From Chrysomallon squamiferum (lineage: Eukaryota; Animalia; Mollusca), in contig CM022679.1 of assembly GCA_012295275.1 (NCBI GenBank), positions 27,404,001-27,468,000 of the forward strand: a stretch of 64,000 nucleotides of DNA, in the 5' to 3' direction. The position numbers and the translations under genes were made by a program. The notes beneath the pieces were generated by a model, which ran no database searches, had not been told where the DNA came from, and was given only the letters and a program-made list of their open reading frames with translations. This document shows positions 57,656 through 64,000 of this stretch, piece by piece. The stretch's first letter is position 1; the number at the start of each line of letters is the position of its first letter.

Positions 57656-58826
57656 AAAGCTAGATGTAGATAGATACATATATGTGTGCATATATCTCTG
57701 TTTTTATATACATTTGTATATATGCGCGCGCGTGTGTGTGTATCTCTTAGTTTTTGTTTGTGTGTATGTGTAACTCTGATACCTGTCTACCAAGTGTGCT
57801 ATGACGACAGCTGATGCACTTTTTGTGATTGAGAAGAAGAAACTCAGAGTGTTTTCTTCCCAGGGTCTTTGCTCCTGGGAGTCTGCTAGCCCAGCCCACA
57901 GGTTGACAACCAGTTCTCCACGGTAATACGCAGCAAAACTTCCTCCTCGTTCTTTTCCATTCTCCAAGTTATCTCTGCAGTTAGTTTAGAATATACAATA
58001 AAGTACTCTTTAAAACTGAAACATCCGTGTGCAGGAAAATATGAATAAAAATTGGATAAGATTGGTATTTTATGTTAAGCATCTTATAATATAATTAGTT
58101 TTTTAATTACTTAATTTTAAAAGTAAATATTTTTAATCCAAATAAAAATAAAGATAAAAATACAAATAGGATAAGATTTGGGTTTTATATGAAGCAAGCT
58201 ATAATATAATTAGTTTTGTTTAATTAATTGTTTTTTTCTAAAATGAATATGGTAAATCAAAATAAAGATAGAAATAGGATAAGATTTGGGTTTTATATGA
58301 TGTTATTAGTATTATTTAATTAATTACTTTTAACAGTTGATATTTTAAATCCAGAAAAAATTAAAAATAAATAAAATTGGGGTTTTATACGATGAAACTA
58401 TGATATTATTAGTTTTATTTAGTTAATTATTTTTAACAGTTAATATTTTAAATCGAAATAAAAATAAAAATAGAATATGATTGAAGTTTTAGATAATGTA
58501 GAATATGATATTATTAATTTTATTTAAATAATTATTTTTTAAAATGAATATTTTGAATCCAAGTATATGAAAAGAAAAATATAAATGGGATAATAAAGAG
58601 GTGTCAAATCAGATAAACTATATTATTTTTATTTTTAAATTGTTTTTGATAGTTAATAACCTTTTGAACTGAAATTCATGTCCATAAATATAAAAAAGGG
58701 GTTTAAAAAACAACAGAATTAGTGTAAATATAGATAAATATGATGCAACAAATCGAGAACTGTTTACTTGAAAGTTTGTTCAACATCTTCAAATCCTTCT
58801 TTCACATCGCCATGAAGTTGTTTTTC
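53635..58826 (-). CDS. Beta-lactamase-fold unit C (no start exons; catalytic Tyr changed to Cys); exons 58768-58826, 57783-57974, 57187-57286, 56506-56611, 55379-55501, 54484-54626, 53968-54170, 53635-53820
   Basis: Paralogue of A exons 3-10. SITK is intact, GYHP is changed to GCNP, and splice sites are intact. One 1-nt deletion at about 54120 (catggg[a]ttgga) is either real or an assembly error. Short C-terminus KKQEVNP*. Confidence 0.6.
55649..56333. mobile_element. piggyBac-like MITE with nested Tigger derivative (55750-56308) in unit C intron 6
   Basis: Outer ends TTAA-CCCTTTCC...CTGAAAGGG-TTAA; inner ends TA-CAGTGGTACCTCGG...CGAGGTTCCACTG-TA; MAPKK transposase fragment present. Confidence 0.85.
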
Positions 58827-59322
58827 CTGAATTAAAACAGATATTAATAATTCATTCATTCACCTTAGAAAGAATTACAATAGTCCCTTATTTCTGTTTT
58901 GTTCAGAAGTTTAACAATCAGTATGTAAGAAAAAAATAATAAGAATAATAAAAAAAATTAGGTAGTCATGTTAATGTTGTTAATGTCTTGAGTAGTTTAT
59001 GGCTATGTATTAAAATTATATGAAAAATTCCATAATCCTCCAAATAAAAATTTAACAAATATTGTAGTAGTTAAGCAATAATGATAATAAAAAGATATTT
59101 CATAATCCTCTTAATAAAGCTTGAACCAACCCTGCAGTAGTATAACAATAATTGAATTTTCCCCATTATCCTGTTAAAATTTAACAGACACTCTGTTAGT
59201 ATAAAAATAATTTTAAAAGTTTCATTAATCCTCTTACTAAAACGTTAATGAACACTGCAGTTGTATAATAATAATAATTGTTTTTCCATAATTCTGTTAA
59301 TAAAAATATAGCAAATACTCTG

Positions 59323-64000
<4,678 letters not shown>

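Overview
AT-rich, microsatellite-dense eukaryotic DNA with spliceosomal introns, probably an invertebrate (a mollusc is plausible, by inference only). Almost all ORF-track entries are microsatellite artefacts; real genes were rebuilt by hand from GT-AG exons. Left to right: (1) 5' part of a nucleoredoxin-like gene (-, WCLPC) running off the left edge; (2) a foldback/inverted-repeat knot and a TIR element at 3.7-5.5 kb; (3) a 6-exon type I transmembrane C-type lectin receptor (+, 8474-22197) with ITIM-like, YxxM and YxN tail motifs; (4) a convergent 15-exon annexin (-, 27157-35712) with a long low-complexity N-terminus and three unusual insertions; (5) four tandem serine beta-lactamase-fold (lact-2/family VIII esterase-like) units (-, 38.2-64 kb). 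Only unit A has start exons in the window. B and C have none, and the 5' end of D is off-window. All three keep their splice sites and have mostly in-frame indels. B has lost the catalytic Lys and C the catalytic Tyr. This suggests one composite gene, either a multidomain polyprotein or alternative whole-domain cassettes, and is the main candidate for an undescribed system. Several 1-nt frameshifts look like long-read assembly errors.
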